From positions 1 to 64,000 of the forward strand of contig NMRA01000095.1 of the NCBI GenBank assembly GCA_002633005.1: 64,000 bases of DNA, given 5' to 3'. The stretch comes from Phoronis australis. Lineage: Eukaryota; Animalia; Phoronida. The position numbers and the translations under genes are program-made. Position 1 is the stretch's first letter, and the number at the start of each line of letters is the position of its first letter. Below the pieces are notes generated by a model. That model ran no database searches. It saw only the letters and a program-made list of their open reading frames with translations, and was not told the DNA's origin. Shown here in pieces: positions 12,901 to 27,900 of the stretch.

Positions 12901-15900
12901 GTTGTATGTCAATAGGACGTTAATACAAAACAGTGATGTACAAAATGTCAAATAGTTGCTGGAATGACTTGCTTTTTCATTTGCATTTCATCATGTTGTT
13001 CTTGGATGTCGTTTTAATGTCGAAGTTGCTATTATATATTTTTTATTGTACTTTTAGGTACATGCTCTATTCCAAAGGTGCAACCCAGATGCCACGTGTA
13101 ACTGTGGGGTTGCGGTGAGGTCTGCAACTGACATCTTTGTGATTGAACGTTGTAAGAAAAAAAGGTTTGAAATAAGCCACAGTGGGAGAGGACATAGACA
13201 GCGATTGAAAATATCACAGAAAGGTTCATGTAGTCCTTACGGAAGAGGAACGAAACTGTTACAGATTAACAATGGGGCCACAATTCAGGTAATTGCTAGG
13301 CGTTATATAACCAATAGAAAAATGATGGCAACGAATTGTTAGCTTCTAATTAACTCTTTGCGACAAAAGGCTACAAGAGTTCACGTGTTGGGACGACCAT
13401 CTTGCACGTCTACTCAAAGTTTTGAGAGATTCGAGGTGGTTAAAACGATCCATTTTTTTCAAAATAGGAAGTTCAAGTAGTAGAAAAGGCATAGTAATTT
13501 TGTTGTAGAAATGCAATTAGCATGCTGGGATTCAAAATACGGTTGCTCGCGGTGTATATTTCAAATGTAATTAATTAAAAAAACTTCAAGACACTTCCTA
13601 CAAGTACAGAATAGAAATGAAAAACCGGAGTGTTCAAAATCAGCGTAGTTTTGGAGTTTTTTTGCACATGTTTTGACAAAACCAATGAGTTTTCAAAACC
13701 AAAATCGCTCCGTCGCCAAATATATTATTTTAGAGTCAATTCCTTGACTTCGTGTGAACTTCATATGCGCACTATTACCTGTCGCTGAAAATCCTCAGAA
13801 GCTACTGTTTATCGAATGAACACTGCCGGCCAGTTTTATAGTGGTGCAGGGTAGAAGAACTCACGAGGTAACCACTGACAATCGTAAAATATTTGGCTAA
13901 AGGAACAGTATACAAGGCGTAGAAATTGGGGGAACAGGTGAGCATATGTTATCCAGTGGTTACAGCCCACCACTCCGAAGGCTCACCACTCCAAAGGCGC
14001 ACTTCTCCAAAAAAGCCCACTACTCCAAAGGCTCCGTACTCCCTAAGAACTCATTACTACCAAGGCTCACTTCTCCGAAAGAAACACGACTCCAAGAACC
14101 CATTACTCTTAAAAAACGCTACTCTTAAAAAACCCAACCAAAAACGCAATTTTTCAATCAATCAATCAATTTATTTCTGTAACAAAGGCCATAGGCACAC
14201 TGTACGAAAGAACAACATTTGACATAATTAAGAGTGCATGAAGCTAACACAGAGGCGACAAGCAAAAAATACATATTTACAAAACCTAACTTATTTAGCA
14301 CCATAACTTGTTGACGTTAATCTATTGAACTTGAAAAACGAGGTAAAATTCCAGCAGTACACATCAATGTAATGTTCTCTCAGTTCCGAATGTTTGTCAC
14401 AGCTTAGAAGAAAATGATTCTCGTCTACAACAACACTGGGGTAGAAGGGACACACCCAGGTGCCTGCCTACAGTGTACTTCAACCATGCGACTGCGGCTA
14501 GAAAAAGGAGACACGTGCCACGGACATAATTTGTACACCACTATTCTCCAACCTAAAAAAATCCAGTTTGAATTCCTTTTTCAATTGATTATAGAAACTG
14601 ATGTTGAAGTATTTCAAATGTTGCTAATCTTAATTCCAGCCATCATGCAATCCCTTTCATATGTCTAATATGACGAATGAAAAACATTACATGTAGGCCT
14701 ATATGTGTCGAAAACGTACGTGTGATTACACTTGCTTCATGTTGGGAAATATTTTTATTGATTAAAATATCGTGCAACAAACGCTCTCTATTCTGAAGTC
14801 TTTTTGCGCACAGTCCTTAATATTGGGAGCATAAATCAAAAACTGCAAACAAAACATTATTACTCTTAACACAACAGAGCCGGACAAAAGTGAGAGGTTG
14901 AGGAAACAGAGTTATCGGAGAAGATCATGAAGCACCCCATTTTGGGAATCTCAATTCAGAGTGACGTTTTGGAGTAGTATTTTTAGATGATTCAAGTTTC
15001 GGTTTTAAAATTTCGAAAATTGGTTTTGTTGGTTTCGTGCAAAACGTCGAAAATTATCGTAGAAGTGTTATTTCGTTGTAGTGGGCCTTCACTGTAGTAA
15101 TTACATATCACCCTTCCCAATATTTTGCGGGTGGTAGAGTAAAGCGGGGCCGCGGACATTCTAGAAATGAAAGGCACAGTAAAACCTACCAGTGCAGTCG
15201 TGTACAGCTTGTCCAAACGTACTTAACACGTACTCTTAAGCCTGCCTACTTCAAATAAGTCCGAGAAAATTTGGAGTATTCCAGATAAACATTAGTTCAA
15301 AATGATAAATGCAAAAAAAAGAAGGTTTTGGGATATACATACCTGCATTTCTCTGAGGAACGCTCTGGGAAGGGATGATACATATCAATTTAGTCTGAAA
15401 CTATATTTTACTTGATATTGGATCTCAACGCAGATACGTCCAATCCATATTATCAACAGATGTTCCTTTCCTGTTTTTCAAAATATGCATATTTTCATAC
15501 ATGTATATAGGGGCCCTAGCCCCAGGAGGGACCCGTTGATCCACAACTAATATGGGTCGTCAGATAATAACACAATATGCATTGTTAAAACTAAAGGTAC
15601 ACGCAGCACACCATCTGAATTACATGTAAGTGCAGGCGAGATTTTTTTTTCAAATCCGTGATTTTACTGTGAGCGTTTGCGAATGGCATAAATGCAGGGG
15701 AAATCGGAAAAACATGGATTGTTCTAAAAACCCCTCTACTCCCACTACCTCCTCGACCCACTTCTCACAAGCCACGCGATCTGAACATACAACAAGCGCT
15801 GGCTAGCAGGAACAATGAGTTGGGCCATGCAATTGAGAGAGTCTATTCGGTAATTTTGTAAGCCAAAAACAGATAAAACAACGTGACCAAAAACAAACTG

Positions 15901-18900
15901 TTATTTATCAATCAGGCTATTATTGTGACCAATCGGATCAACATAAGTGATTATACATGTATCTATCAAAAGTTTTTGTGATGGAGAGCGAGTTTTTCTA
16001 GTCTCGTAAATACATAGCAGGGTTAATATTTAAACGCGTTTTAAGATTGTACTAGACTCACCTTTTGTAGAAGCAAAACAAAAATGTCCTGAGATGGCCT
16101 CAATCTGCTCACAAAGTATCCCAACATTATGTTATGCAAGAATTCTTCAAAGACTAAGCTCTACACTAGGCTCGAGCTAACCTTTTAACAGTATTCGCCA
16201 AATGGCTTTAAAAATTGTCAGCCAGATACTTTCTTTCGCCACCTCGCCCGTAATTGGCAAAATACTGCTACAAGGTCTTTTTTATAATGTACTACAATAA
16301 AAGACGATTGTCTTAATTTTGAAGAAAACAAACAATCAACATTCCAAGGTCATTAGAAAATTAGGCAGAGATTCCCCCATGCCCTATCCCTGGGTTAAGC
16401 CTTGATGCAATGTTGTATTTAAACACACAGCTTGGCGCCAAGTGAGTAAAAAACGGACAAGATAAAATATAACACAAAAATTGTGTCATTAAGAGACTAC
16501 ACTCTTCCTTGCGTTAATTGATTATTTAGGAGTTTTGGGAAAATGGCGTTCTACCATTATTCTGCTGCTAAAGTTGTGGTGCACTATTTTGTGTTGGCTT
16601 TTTGGAGGCATGAAATCTTATGTCACGTTTTGGCCAGTTTCTTTTATCGCCAATTTCTCAACCAACTGTTGTTCTTTCACGAAATTTTGTACACGTCTAA
16701 AATAAACGAACAGAACTGCAATTTTGAGCTCTGTCGAAGCCTCACTTGTTTCCTGCGTGTAGAGATCTCCCCCACGTAACATGCAGTAGAACGCGCTTTA
16801 TCAGGGGTTGATAAAACCTCGACAATCTTTGGTTAGCTTTACAACAAAATCATAAAATGGCAGACTATGGACCTTTTTAGCCTTTTCACGCAGGTGGTGT
16901 AGCAGCAACTATTTCGTATCTGCAGTAATGTTTACTATACCACAGCCTCCAATGGTCAATACGACCGTGTAATACCCCAATTAGTTATCTCACTAGTGAA
17001 ATAACATTTTGGCGGGAAACCGAGTCCGGTTTCGAACCCGGACCTCAGAGTTTTGGGCCGTCGAGTTTACACGTTGCATTGCTCCACTCAGCGGCTGACG
17101 TCATCAAACGTGAAAATAGAGTACTTAAATGAGCACGCGCAATAATGGCATGTTCAACAAACGACATTGTACCGATATTTGTATAATTTCCATAAAAACG
17201 TTATTTTAATTCAGTGAAATTTATCTCTCATTTTCTCTCACTTGTAAATCACCAATCTCCAAGTTGAATGTGGGTATCGTGTCGTCGGGATCCTTCGGGA
17301 TCCAAGTTACTCAGTATTCAGTGGTACAGTGTAAGTTACTTAAGCGGACGATATTTTCTCGGTCGAAGCTTAGCGTAATCAAATGTGTAGTAAGCTATAA
17401 TTGTTGCTAAACCTTAATTAAAAGATTCACTTTCTTTCCATTTTGTTTAAAATTTTCAATTGGTTTTGAGTTGTTTGACAAAAATAGCTCGGCTTTTCTA
17501 AAAGTCACGACCTCCGACCCCGGGCCTCTGACATGGAAAGTAGTTACAAAGCCGAGTCGAGTCGAGAAAGATTTCTTGTTCTTTCCACTCGGGCTCTAAA
17601 ATACGGGGGATAACGACTGACAACATGTAGTAACCTATATATATAGCCGCGTCTTGAAACACATACATGTACAATAAACCAGCATCTGGCAGAATTAACT
17701 GGTGTGTTATTCATACTGTATGCAGGACAGCAACGTCAACGAAAGTCAGCGACTGTAGGAAGATGCACTTCAAAAAGGCGAAACCACAATTTTCTGTGAT
17801 TGACATTTCTTGAAAATGAATTTTAAGCGCCGATTTGTCTGTACAACAAACCAAATTTTACACGTTATCCATCAGTAATGCCAGTTTGTTTGCGTTGAAA
17901 ACGCCGGTGTATAAAAATTTTCGGAGAAAATCAAACGATACCTGTTGGTTGGTACCACCTGCAGCGGTACGCACTGAACCAGGGCAATAGTCTGATACAA
18001 CGTGCCCGTATTTTGAGAACCAGCCAGCTTGTTGCCTGTTATTCATTGGAGAAAACTGTTTTTCAAAATTTGGGCACGTTATGTCACACCATGACCATTA
18101 ACCAGCGAGTGTGGGATCTTATCACACACTTAGGGTAAGCAAACCAATAGGATGGCGGAAATTCAGCAAGAACAAAATTTTGCCGTTCTCATGATTTTCA
18201 CTGTGTCATACATTGTATCTCTAAGGATACTAAATGACATAAAATGAAAAGTATGGCAAGAGAACTTTCCCCTTTCTAGTAATACCCATTAAATGAAATA
18301 TTTTTAAAAATTAAAGTAATGCAAGCACTTCGCACGTTTATCACCCAAATGTTTCCTAGATAGCTGTATTTTGACGATAGTCTTCATAAAGCTAGCCAGC
18401 CACATGGGCAATTCATTGACGTCGACTTTTAAAAATGGGCATATTCCCCCTATCCAAGGGTTAGGGCGCGGGTACGATGACCATATGGACATTTTGAAGC
18501 CGAAGGTTAATTTAGGTCCAAAAACGTTAACACAACTAGTGTGCAATAAAAATCAGTCGCGCATGATAGTGAACGTAAAACTCAAGTAAAAAATTGACAT
18601 TTACTATTAGCTTAATTTCTTTCGGCCCCCGCCGAAATAGTCTTCTATTTGCCGTTTTGACATTGTCACGTGCAAAGGACAAACGTAAGCAACAAACGAG
18701 GACTAGCTACGAATCGAGAAATTGCTATTACCAAGAGTTGTGACTCCCCTACAGAGTTGAACATTTCTTTGCTGTAAAACAATAGTTTCAGGGGTACTGA
18801 AGGACATAAAACGGACCATTCGTTTGCTATTCATAGGACTTGGAATGGAAGTTAAAACGTCGTTTGTGGCCCAACTTTATTCAATGGAGCCCACTTTGAG

Positions 18901-21900
18901 TCGACTCACAAGCAGGTTTCCAGAATTTTATTTTTATTGTGAAGTTGCGAAAGCATTTGCCAAGATGGCGGATTGACTTAGGTCTACCATTGACAGTGCC
19001 GCTCAGAACTCACCAATGGCCAGCTTTGAAGCGGCTAGTGTGAGACCGGCTAGACCGTTATTGGGGATAAATACTTATACTACCCATACATGTATGCTTT
19101 ATCCATATGAGAGTTCCTAATGCAGTTTGTCTAAACCAGTTTTTAAGTTCGAAACCCAACTTGCCACATCATACACATGTCATTTTGCTGCAAAATTCCA
19201 ATTTCTTCCCTTGTAATAATTAGAATACTGATATTTGTGGGTAGGATGATTCACTTGTCTCAGTGTTAGTTTTTCCAAAGGGAATGCTAAATCTCAAAGG
19301 GGTTTGCAGCCTTCGTAATTCCTTGTGCTACATGCACAGAGTAGTATAGTAAATCCTATAGATCATGCCTGTTGTTTCTGTTCTAGGTTCACATGCCTTC
19401 TGGAACTGTTGTCGAAGTAAGGCGGCAAGAAAATTGGGGACCCGAATTCATGAACGTCTTCATCACTCCATCTCTCGTAGATGTTCACAATACAGTTGGA
19501 ATGTGTGGTTCGTTGAATAACGACCCGGCCGACGATTTATATTACCTTGATAAAGAAACTAATCTAGTTCTAAAAAATTTGAATGAGACAGAATTCACAA
19601 GGAAGTGGAAGTAAGTATTCTAACAACCATACAATTTTCTTTATTAAAATGGCACAAAATGTCATTTAAATCTAACATATATTAAGAATCACTTTATAAC
19701 TTAGACAGTGATGTAATTGTAAACAAGTGCTTACACATGTTGTAATCTGTTGAGCTGGGACAGTTTAAAGATACACTCACCAGTTTAGAACACAAGATGT
19801 GTTTTCGTGTGTCAAAAAGTTTCACTAAAATGTAAACATCCCATAACTTTCATTCCTTTTTTTGTATTTGACTTAATTTATTATTGTGAGCATTTATCTC
19901 CGTCCGTCCGTCCAGCGTGCGTCCGACATCCGTCCGACGTCCGGCCTCCGCTGCTCTACAGGTGTATATTCAGAAACCTTTTGCACATGTGTTCCTTTTG
20001 TGGGTGGGAAGGCATGTGCGATCTGTCGGACGGATCGGACTACCTGTGTGCCCCTCAGTGGCAATTGTAGTGTTTTAGGCTTACTTCTGTATCTTCAAAG
20101 CTTTTCAACGTATTTTCATAAAATTTGGCTTGTAGGCACCTATTGGTGAGATGTAGCCACCGTCCAATTTTCGGAGGATTCCACGTAGTTTGCGCCACCT
20201 AATGACCATTGTTACTTCTTTCGAGCCTGTTATTTTGCATCAACTCCTCCATCAATCAATCTGCTCTACAGATGCTTGTGAAATTGGCATGTATGTTTTT
20301 ACTATGAATAGGACGACTCATGATGATTTTCTGACAACTTCAACTACTCTGACGCCTCCTAGTGGCAGTTTTGTTTTCGCGCCCAAGGCTGTATCCCCTA
20401 AATCGTTCGCAAGATCTTTATTTTACTCAGCAAGTGTGTTTATATCATGTTGACAACAGACGACGACAACTTTCGGATGGATCGGTTTACCGGCGTGCCC
20501 CTCATGGGAATTTTAGTTTTTTACTTTCAACTCTGTATTTTAAAAAAAGGTCCTAAACAGATTTTCATAAAATTTGGCGCATAGGCGTCTGTTAGTGAGG
20601 TTACGCTATCGTTTGAGTTTCAGATGGATTTGATGTAGTTTGTGCCACATTGCTGTCATCTCTGTCTGGGCGTCCAGGCGTCTGCAGCTGTATCAACTAA
20701 ACCACTCACAGGATCCTGATGAGTTTTGGAACGTGTTCCTATGAAGATGACGACGGTTGACGACGCTTTTTCTGACCTATCCGACTACAGGTGTGCCCGC
20801 TAGTGGCAATTTAGCTTTTTTACGTTTACATATGTATTTGCGAAAATCCTCTGCAAATTTTCATAGAATTTGACATATTTGTGAGATGACGCTATCCTCC
20901 CGTTTTCAGTTGGATTCAATGTAGTTTGCGCCTCCTAGTGGCCATTTTTACTATTTTCGAGTCTTTGACGTTCACCGCTCTATCAACCAAACCGCTCTAA
21001 GGATGACTTTAAACTTTAGCGTGTATGTTCTTATTACGAAGAGGACAGCTGACGACGAGTTTTCCGAGGATTTGGACTAATATGGCGCCTCCTAGATGCA
21101 GTTTTGTTTTTGCGCCATGGCTGAATCCCCTAAACCGTTTGCACGCTTTTATTTCATTTAGTAAGTGTATTTATATTATGTTGACAACATACAACGAATA
21201 CATTCAAATGGACCTAACCACCAGTGTGCTCTCTACTGGCAATTTTAGTTTTCATGTTTACCTCTACACTCAAAGATCATCAAAGGGATATCATAAATTT
21301 TGGAGTCTCCATGATAGCAAGTAACAGCATATGTTCACGAAAACAACAACGGTTTTAAAACTTGACATGTTTCGGTGTCATTTATTAAACACCATCCACA
21401 GAAGTCATAATACAGTGGCCACCTAGCTAGGCCCAGCAACAAGTAATGAAGCACAGATACAGTCAGTTACAGGGAGTGACACTGCACTAGACCAACAATG
21501 ACAACCTGTGGTGTGTCAGTTGCCTATTGAGATTGGGCTTGCACCAACTGATATGTAAAGCCTCACGAATTTTAAGCTCCTTTGTTGTTACTGCCTGGTC
21601 TATTATTGCAAAATCATTGAAAGAGCACTGCTGATAACAATGATTGAAGCTCTGCAGGTGAATATTTGCATGAGAATTACTGTCAGAATTTAGATGTTCC
21701 TTGGTCCTGGTTTTCAAAAAGCGAACAGTTTCGCCTATATAACTGGAGCCACATCCAGTGCAGATAAATTTGTATACTACCTTGGACCGTAGACCCATAG
21801 AAATTTTGTCCTTGTTTTCATAGCTTCACATCCTTTGTTTATAAAGTAGGTCTCATTAAAACGCTAATAGACAGGGTATACCGCATTAACAACACTTGAG

Positions 21901-24900
21901 CTAGATTTGATTCTAATATCAAAGAACTTACAACGAATTTGCAAAAGAATTGCTATCCCTTAGATTTAGTCAATATTGTACTGAAAGCAAGACTTCAACG
22001 TAACCCTGATGATGTTCTTCCTGTAGACAAAACTAACTACAAGTACGTTGGGTTTTACGCCAAAATTGCTCAACGAAAACTCAACAAAGTGGTGAATGAT
22101 TACTGTGTGAACTTAAGATATATGTCCCCTAAATCCACTACAGGATATTTGTAAAGTTAATAATTGTATTTATATGACTCTCACAACAGAGGGCGACGAC
22201 TTTGAGGCGGTCCCACGAACGCTGTGTTCTCCAGGGGAAATTTTATTTTTTCCATTTTCCTTTGTTTCTCTGAAGCTCCATGAAAGCTGTTCATGAAATT
22301 TGATAAATAGTTTTCGATTAAAAAATGTGGCATGTTTTAGGTTAGATTGGACGTTTTTCTGCCATCTAGTGGCCATGTCAACGACATAAGTAAACAACCC
22401 ATTCGTGGGCAAATTTCAACACTCTGCGTTGTTCTTGTTTATAACGCTTTGGCGGAAATCTCAATATACTCGGTGGCAGTTGAGTGAGTAAGCTGTGGGC
22501 CACCTTTCTTAAAAAATCATTATCCGACCCCCCTTAAAAAATCCTGGATATGACCCTGTTGGGTAGATATTTGGGACAGTTTTCATGTAAATGGGCACAG
22601 ACACAACTGCTTGAATGTAGAACGTCTTTAAGATGTGACTTTTCGAAAGAAAGATCTACTAATTTTCCATTTTATTTTAAAACAAGGTTTGTGTGTTGAA
22701 AACTTTCATAATTAGTTATTAATTAATTGATATTAACACCTGGAATATTGGGGAAAGAAAACTATCTCTGGCCCCAACCTTTCAATTGGTTGAGGGGCAG
22801 CCCCCACTCCTATCTCTTCTTCAGCAGATCCATTTGATGTTTATTACATTCCTGACCCCCCTGGACAAAATCCTACAGGTCCAGTACATGCCCATTCTCC
22901 AATAACCTACATGTACTTTCATCTGCTCAGCTCTTATTACTGAGTCTCCCTCTTGCTTATGATGTATTTCTTGTAATTTATATTACCTTAACTGCCCAAA
23001 TTTTTCTTGGTTTACTCTATATTTTGCCTATGTATATTTTTCCATTACAGAGCTCGTGTTTTTTTGTTTTCAATATTTTAAACAAAGACATTTCAATGAC
23101 AATTTTGAATTTGACAAACTAAGATCGGCTATGGTCAATGCCTTGCGTACTTCGTCGGCCCACACACACCCGCTATGTGTCGCCACGGTCCATGACACAA
23201 TAATTGCGGCGGCCTTGGTGAATAGTCTAGTTACTGTCTTTGGTGATAGATTAAGCAGCCTCGATTTCGCGAGCCCTTTAAATACACGGTGAAATGGCTT
23301 GGAGCTTGCAATCTGAGATTGCGTGAAAAGTGTGCTTCTTCGAGAAGAAGTAAGCATGACCTAATAGAAAGGTAAGATTTGTGTTTACTTTAACGATTAT
23401 TACATGTTTACAATACTGATTCATGTTAACTGAGTTGCTGTCCGAAGTCGACCCCGCGGCAGTCGCAAGTCGGGTTAATCGTTGGCGTTGTTTGTTGAGA
23501 TTTGTGTTACGATACTTGACGTAGCACTCTGGATCTTTTCGTTCATCGAAGCAGTATTATTAATAATTGGAATGAGTATTAACAGGTTTAGCAGTAACAG
23601 ACAGTTACATCAATAAATGCTGAATGCTTGTGCTGTCAGCTCGATATTGGTTAGTGAGGTAAGATCACAATCCAAACCCAATGGGTACGTGACAAATATC
23701 CACTGGACTATTTGTTTACTCCCTATCTGGTGTCGTCCGGAATCTGTTACACGTTGGCATGGAAATATATAATGTCTGTTTTCACCTGATCTTTGGTTTT
23801 TGTTTTGTTCATTTTCTTATTCACGCCCTTAGCGGGAGTTTGGCATGGGGGTTGGGGTTGTAAAATTTGATGCTACTGAATGTGTAGAAATAACATGTAT
23901 TAGTGTCCGGGGAAAAGAGCATGGTGAGGTAATACTTAACCATCATGAAGTTCTTTCACGTTTCATGAAACTGTTTTGCTATCCATTGTAAACCCATAAA
24001 AATGTATTACATTTTCTAAATTCTCAATGACAGGAAAGTCTTTACACATGCCTTGAAATGTTGCAAGTCGTTCTTATGACTGCCATTTTTGTGACAAGCG
24101 CATTTTTGCTGGGAACATTAGAGTGAACATATTATTCTTACTGCCAATAGGAAAGCAACGGTGCCTTACGATTTTTAATAACTCTTCAACAACAAAAACT
24201 ATACATAATTTTAAATGACCCAAGACTTCAAATCTTCTATTAGAAGAAAAATATAAAATCTGAGAGGCCAGAATTGTGCTTGACAGATTTACATGTATGA
24301 ATCTGTAATCAGTTTTTAAAATTGCTGAAAGTATCAAAAGTCAAAAAGCTTGAAAATGTGTAATAAAGATGTGAAGTTGTCTAAAATAACTCGTATATTT
24401 TGCACACAAGTGATGCGTTTAAATAATAGTCATCTGGCTAGGAATGAAAAGGGGCAATAATTTTTACCCAACCTAAAGTACTTATGTATTCATGTTTCGA
24501 TAATTTTCCAGGTTCAGTGACATTTTAAGGCCACTTCAAGCCGCAACATAGACAAGCTTTGTTACTCCTTTCTCTTCCCACAGCATGCCCACACACAAGC
24601 AGTGCTGCATTGCATAATGTACAAGTCAGTGGCCTGGAAAAATGTGAATCGCAGTTCTAAGTTACCATAAGAAAATGTGCCAGCGGATTGTTTTTGTTTG
24701 ATGAGGAACGGAAACTGAAAGATCCCTCAGCCAGCCTCGTTGGTGAGGATGCCCTATCGTACGCCATGAGTCATGTGTGGACAACAATAGCTCATTTTCT
24801 TTCCTGGAAGAAACACGAGGGACTGAAGCTAAAGAAGACCTATTAACACTCTGGTCTAGTTCAGAGACAGATTTTGGGCACAGTGCAAGTCAAATGATAT

Positions 24901-27900
24901 GCTGTTGTGTTTACCTTCAAGGATCTAATTGTGGATGTCACTGAGGCTGAACGAGGTTACATGATGGAAAGACACGTGCCGAAAATGGACTTTTTTCAAG
25001 CGCTCCAACAGGCTATTGAAACTAGATCCCAGTTAAATGAAAACCAAAATCATCGGGTATAAATACCCGTCCTTCCTCACTGAGCGACATTAACTTTTCC
25101 TTTTAGAAGAAAGGCTTTGTACTAATGATAAAAACTTTTCAATTTGGTGCACATTATGCGGAAGTGACATTCACTGATTGCATCGATTGTCTTATTGTTG
25201 GTACAAAGATCGTTTCATGTACACTTTGATGGTCAAATGAATTTTTCATCAACATGCTAGTTTGTTACTAATTATTCAAACCACAGTTTTTAAGCCCCAT
25301 ACAGTGCAGTTGTGCTGCGTCTTTACAAGATGAAATGATTACCGGTTACGTTGACCTATAGAAATGTCCGGCGATCAAAACGAAATATTACCTTGCATTT
25401 GATTTGTTTATGCGTGTAACTGTTTTAGAGCTTTCTTAAGAAGGCCTTTGAACAGTTGTGTTAACTTGTCTATAACAAAAGTTTCACATGCAAGCAAATT
25501 ATATTTTCAATCGTAGCTAGCTGGAAAAGATTCTGCTATGCACAAGATTCGAGAATAAACAATAATCAGTGTATTTAAAAACAAAATGGCAAACTGGACA
25601 ACCACATACATGTACATACAAAAGAACAATATTGTTAAAAAACTATTATAATTTTCCCAATGTAACAGAGTTCATAATCAGGGATATCTAAGGCTGACTA
25701 ATGAAATTAGGAGGTTCAATTCTCTCAGGTTTTTGCCGAAGGACTGCTTTTCACTTTGTCGAAAGGTAGAATAGACGGTAAGGCAGCTGGTTTCAGTAGA
25801 TTTCTCTCACATGTAACAGAGAAATATTGGTAAATTATAAAAGAAAACACGAGACAAAACTACTTTTGTAAGGCAGAACATACTTGACACTTTATCTTCG
25901 TGTTTTTATCTAGAAACTAATAATCTTCGTACCCAAGCCTTAATTAAGATCTGAATTAAAAGATGTGAAACAGGCTGAAATTGATTTAAGAATGTATATT
26001 TTTCTTAACAACTAAAATGTGTTTCTGATCTCAACGACTAAAATTCATTCTAGGAGTCGATATTTATTCCAAAGTAATGTTACCAATTTACTGAATACCT
26101 CATTCATGTTAATTCAGTAACTAGTAGTCCTTGGGGTGGGGTCCGCTATAAAATAAGGAAACTCACTCATCTAGCCAAGAGAAATTTATTGAACATACAG
26201 CGTAGCATAGTTTTGAAGAGTAACTGCAGTGAAAATTCATCATTAACGGTACGTCCCATAACCTCTTGTATTGGGAGAACTGTCACCAGTACAAGATGTG
26301 CTGCTACAGTGCTAGCCTACCCCCCAGGTCCCGGGTGCGTTCCACTGAATAAACCCCTTTATTCAGTGCGCCAAGTGGTGGGAATAACATCACTGAACCA
26401 TATCGATAGAACGAATTGCTGGAAACTTAACCAGTAACGTGATTATGTACAGTAGTCTCTTTAATGGAAATGTATAGAACACACACGGGACATAAGGCTG
26501 CAGCATCTGCACACTTTTTGTCATTTGGTTCACTCTTTTGACAGCAATTCTCCAAGACTGTAGTAACCTTTTTTCGGAATTTGTCACCAACTGTCGAAGA
26601 TTTGGACACGTGTAAAGAGCAATAACAAGGCTTAGCGCAACGACGTATTTTGGTAACAATCCAGTCTTTTACCGTTTACATGCAGACAGCGACGCATGCC
26701 CAGTTCAAACACCACTAGTACAACAACGACACAGCGAGGAGAATTTGTCGAATATCCACATTGGTGGCGCAATATTTCATGGCTCCCAAAGCCGACGCAA
26801 AATTTTGCAACACAATTATAACAGCAGACTGGTAGAACGCCAATTATCCAATACCGGTAAATAATTTAGTTTACCCACGGAAGAGTGTAGTTTTCATTGA
26901 CGCAACTGTTTATTTGGTCATTTTTTACTTTCAGTACATCGGAAAAAAGCCGTACATGTATATTTAGTATACGGCTTTGCACCAAGGCTGCAAACAATGG
27001 TGCCTAGATGTGCTTTGACGACAATGATTCCTCGTTCTAATAACCACCGACGAAACAGTCGGTGGCAGTTGCCGACGCCGAGCTTTCTCTTGGCACGAAA
27101 TAATATAAACTCTCCCGCCTGAGGAGAATGAGACTGCATATATGTAGATGTAGAACTAGTATCAAAGATGACAGGTTCTGTCTCCCACCCGTGACATCAC
27201 AGGTGTTTATGACACCTGCGAATAAACTCACAAGCGGACTATTTCCCTGAACCCACTCAACTAACCTGTGCATGACATAGTCTGACACCAAAACTGCTTT
27301 TCAACACAAAGAATAGTAGTGTGTGAACCTGTTGCACAGGGCAGTTCTTGTCCACACAGCGTGGTTAATTAGAGAAGTACAGCAGGAATGATCTGATCCG
27401 ACGTCAGCCGAGTCAATTCTGAAACGGTCTTATGCGGTTACATATCCCTCAGCAATGTCAGACAGGGAGACAGCTGTATTATTGCAATGAGCTCACTGGC
27501 TATATGCAGTCAAACTTCCAAAATTTTGCTTGCTTGATATGTATGCTAATTCTTTTCAATTCCATTTGTTGGGATGGCTCAATGTTTTTTTTCAAAGAAA
27601 TTTAAAGATGATATAGCGAGTATGGAGGATGTCACTTTTCATTTGAACCAAATGTATTATTGAATTTTGAGGGGAAGTTGCAATCTCAATGACTCAACTT
27701 GGAATGGAAATCTTCTGAACTTTGTTTTTAAATTCATGTGTTAATCTTTTGAAATAATAATAAGCCCAAGGCATGAAGAAATATTACCTGCAGATGCCAG
27801 TGAACATATTTCTTCAGGCGTTCATTATGGCAAGCTAATTCTATCATGCTTCAGTCACTGGGTCATAGAAATGAAAGAACAAATCCGAGGACGTTTATGA

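Larger units (their letters stand above)
19885..22440 (+). mobile_element. Helentron-associated (HINE/DINE-1-like) element with internal ~147-bp tandem array, interrupted by a Penelope insertion
   Basis: (ccgt)n microsatellite at the 5' end; recurring motifs ttttcataaaatttgg (about 20113, 20562, 20858, 21292) and gcgcctcctagtggc; units resume after 22170; ends in a short caac..gttg hairpin plus ttcttgttt. Confidence 0.6.

Noticed and set aside
17010-17096. Functional tRNA gene
   Set aside because: Only the T-arm is convincing; no proper acceptor stem or anticodon arm.
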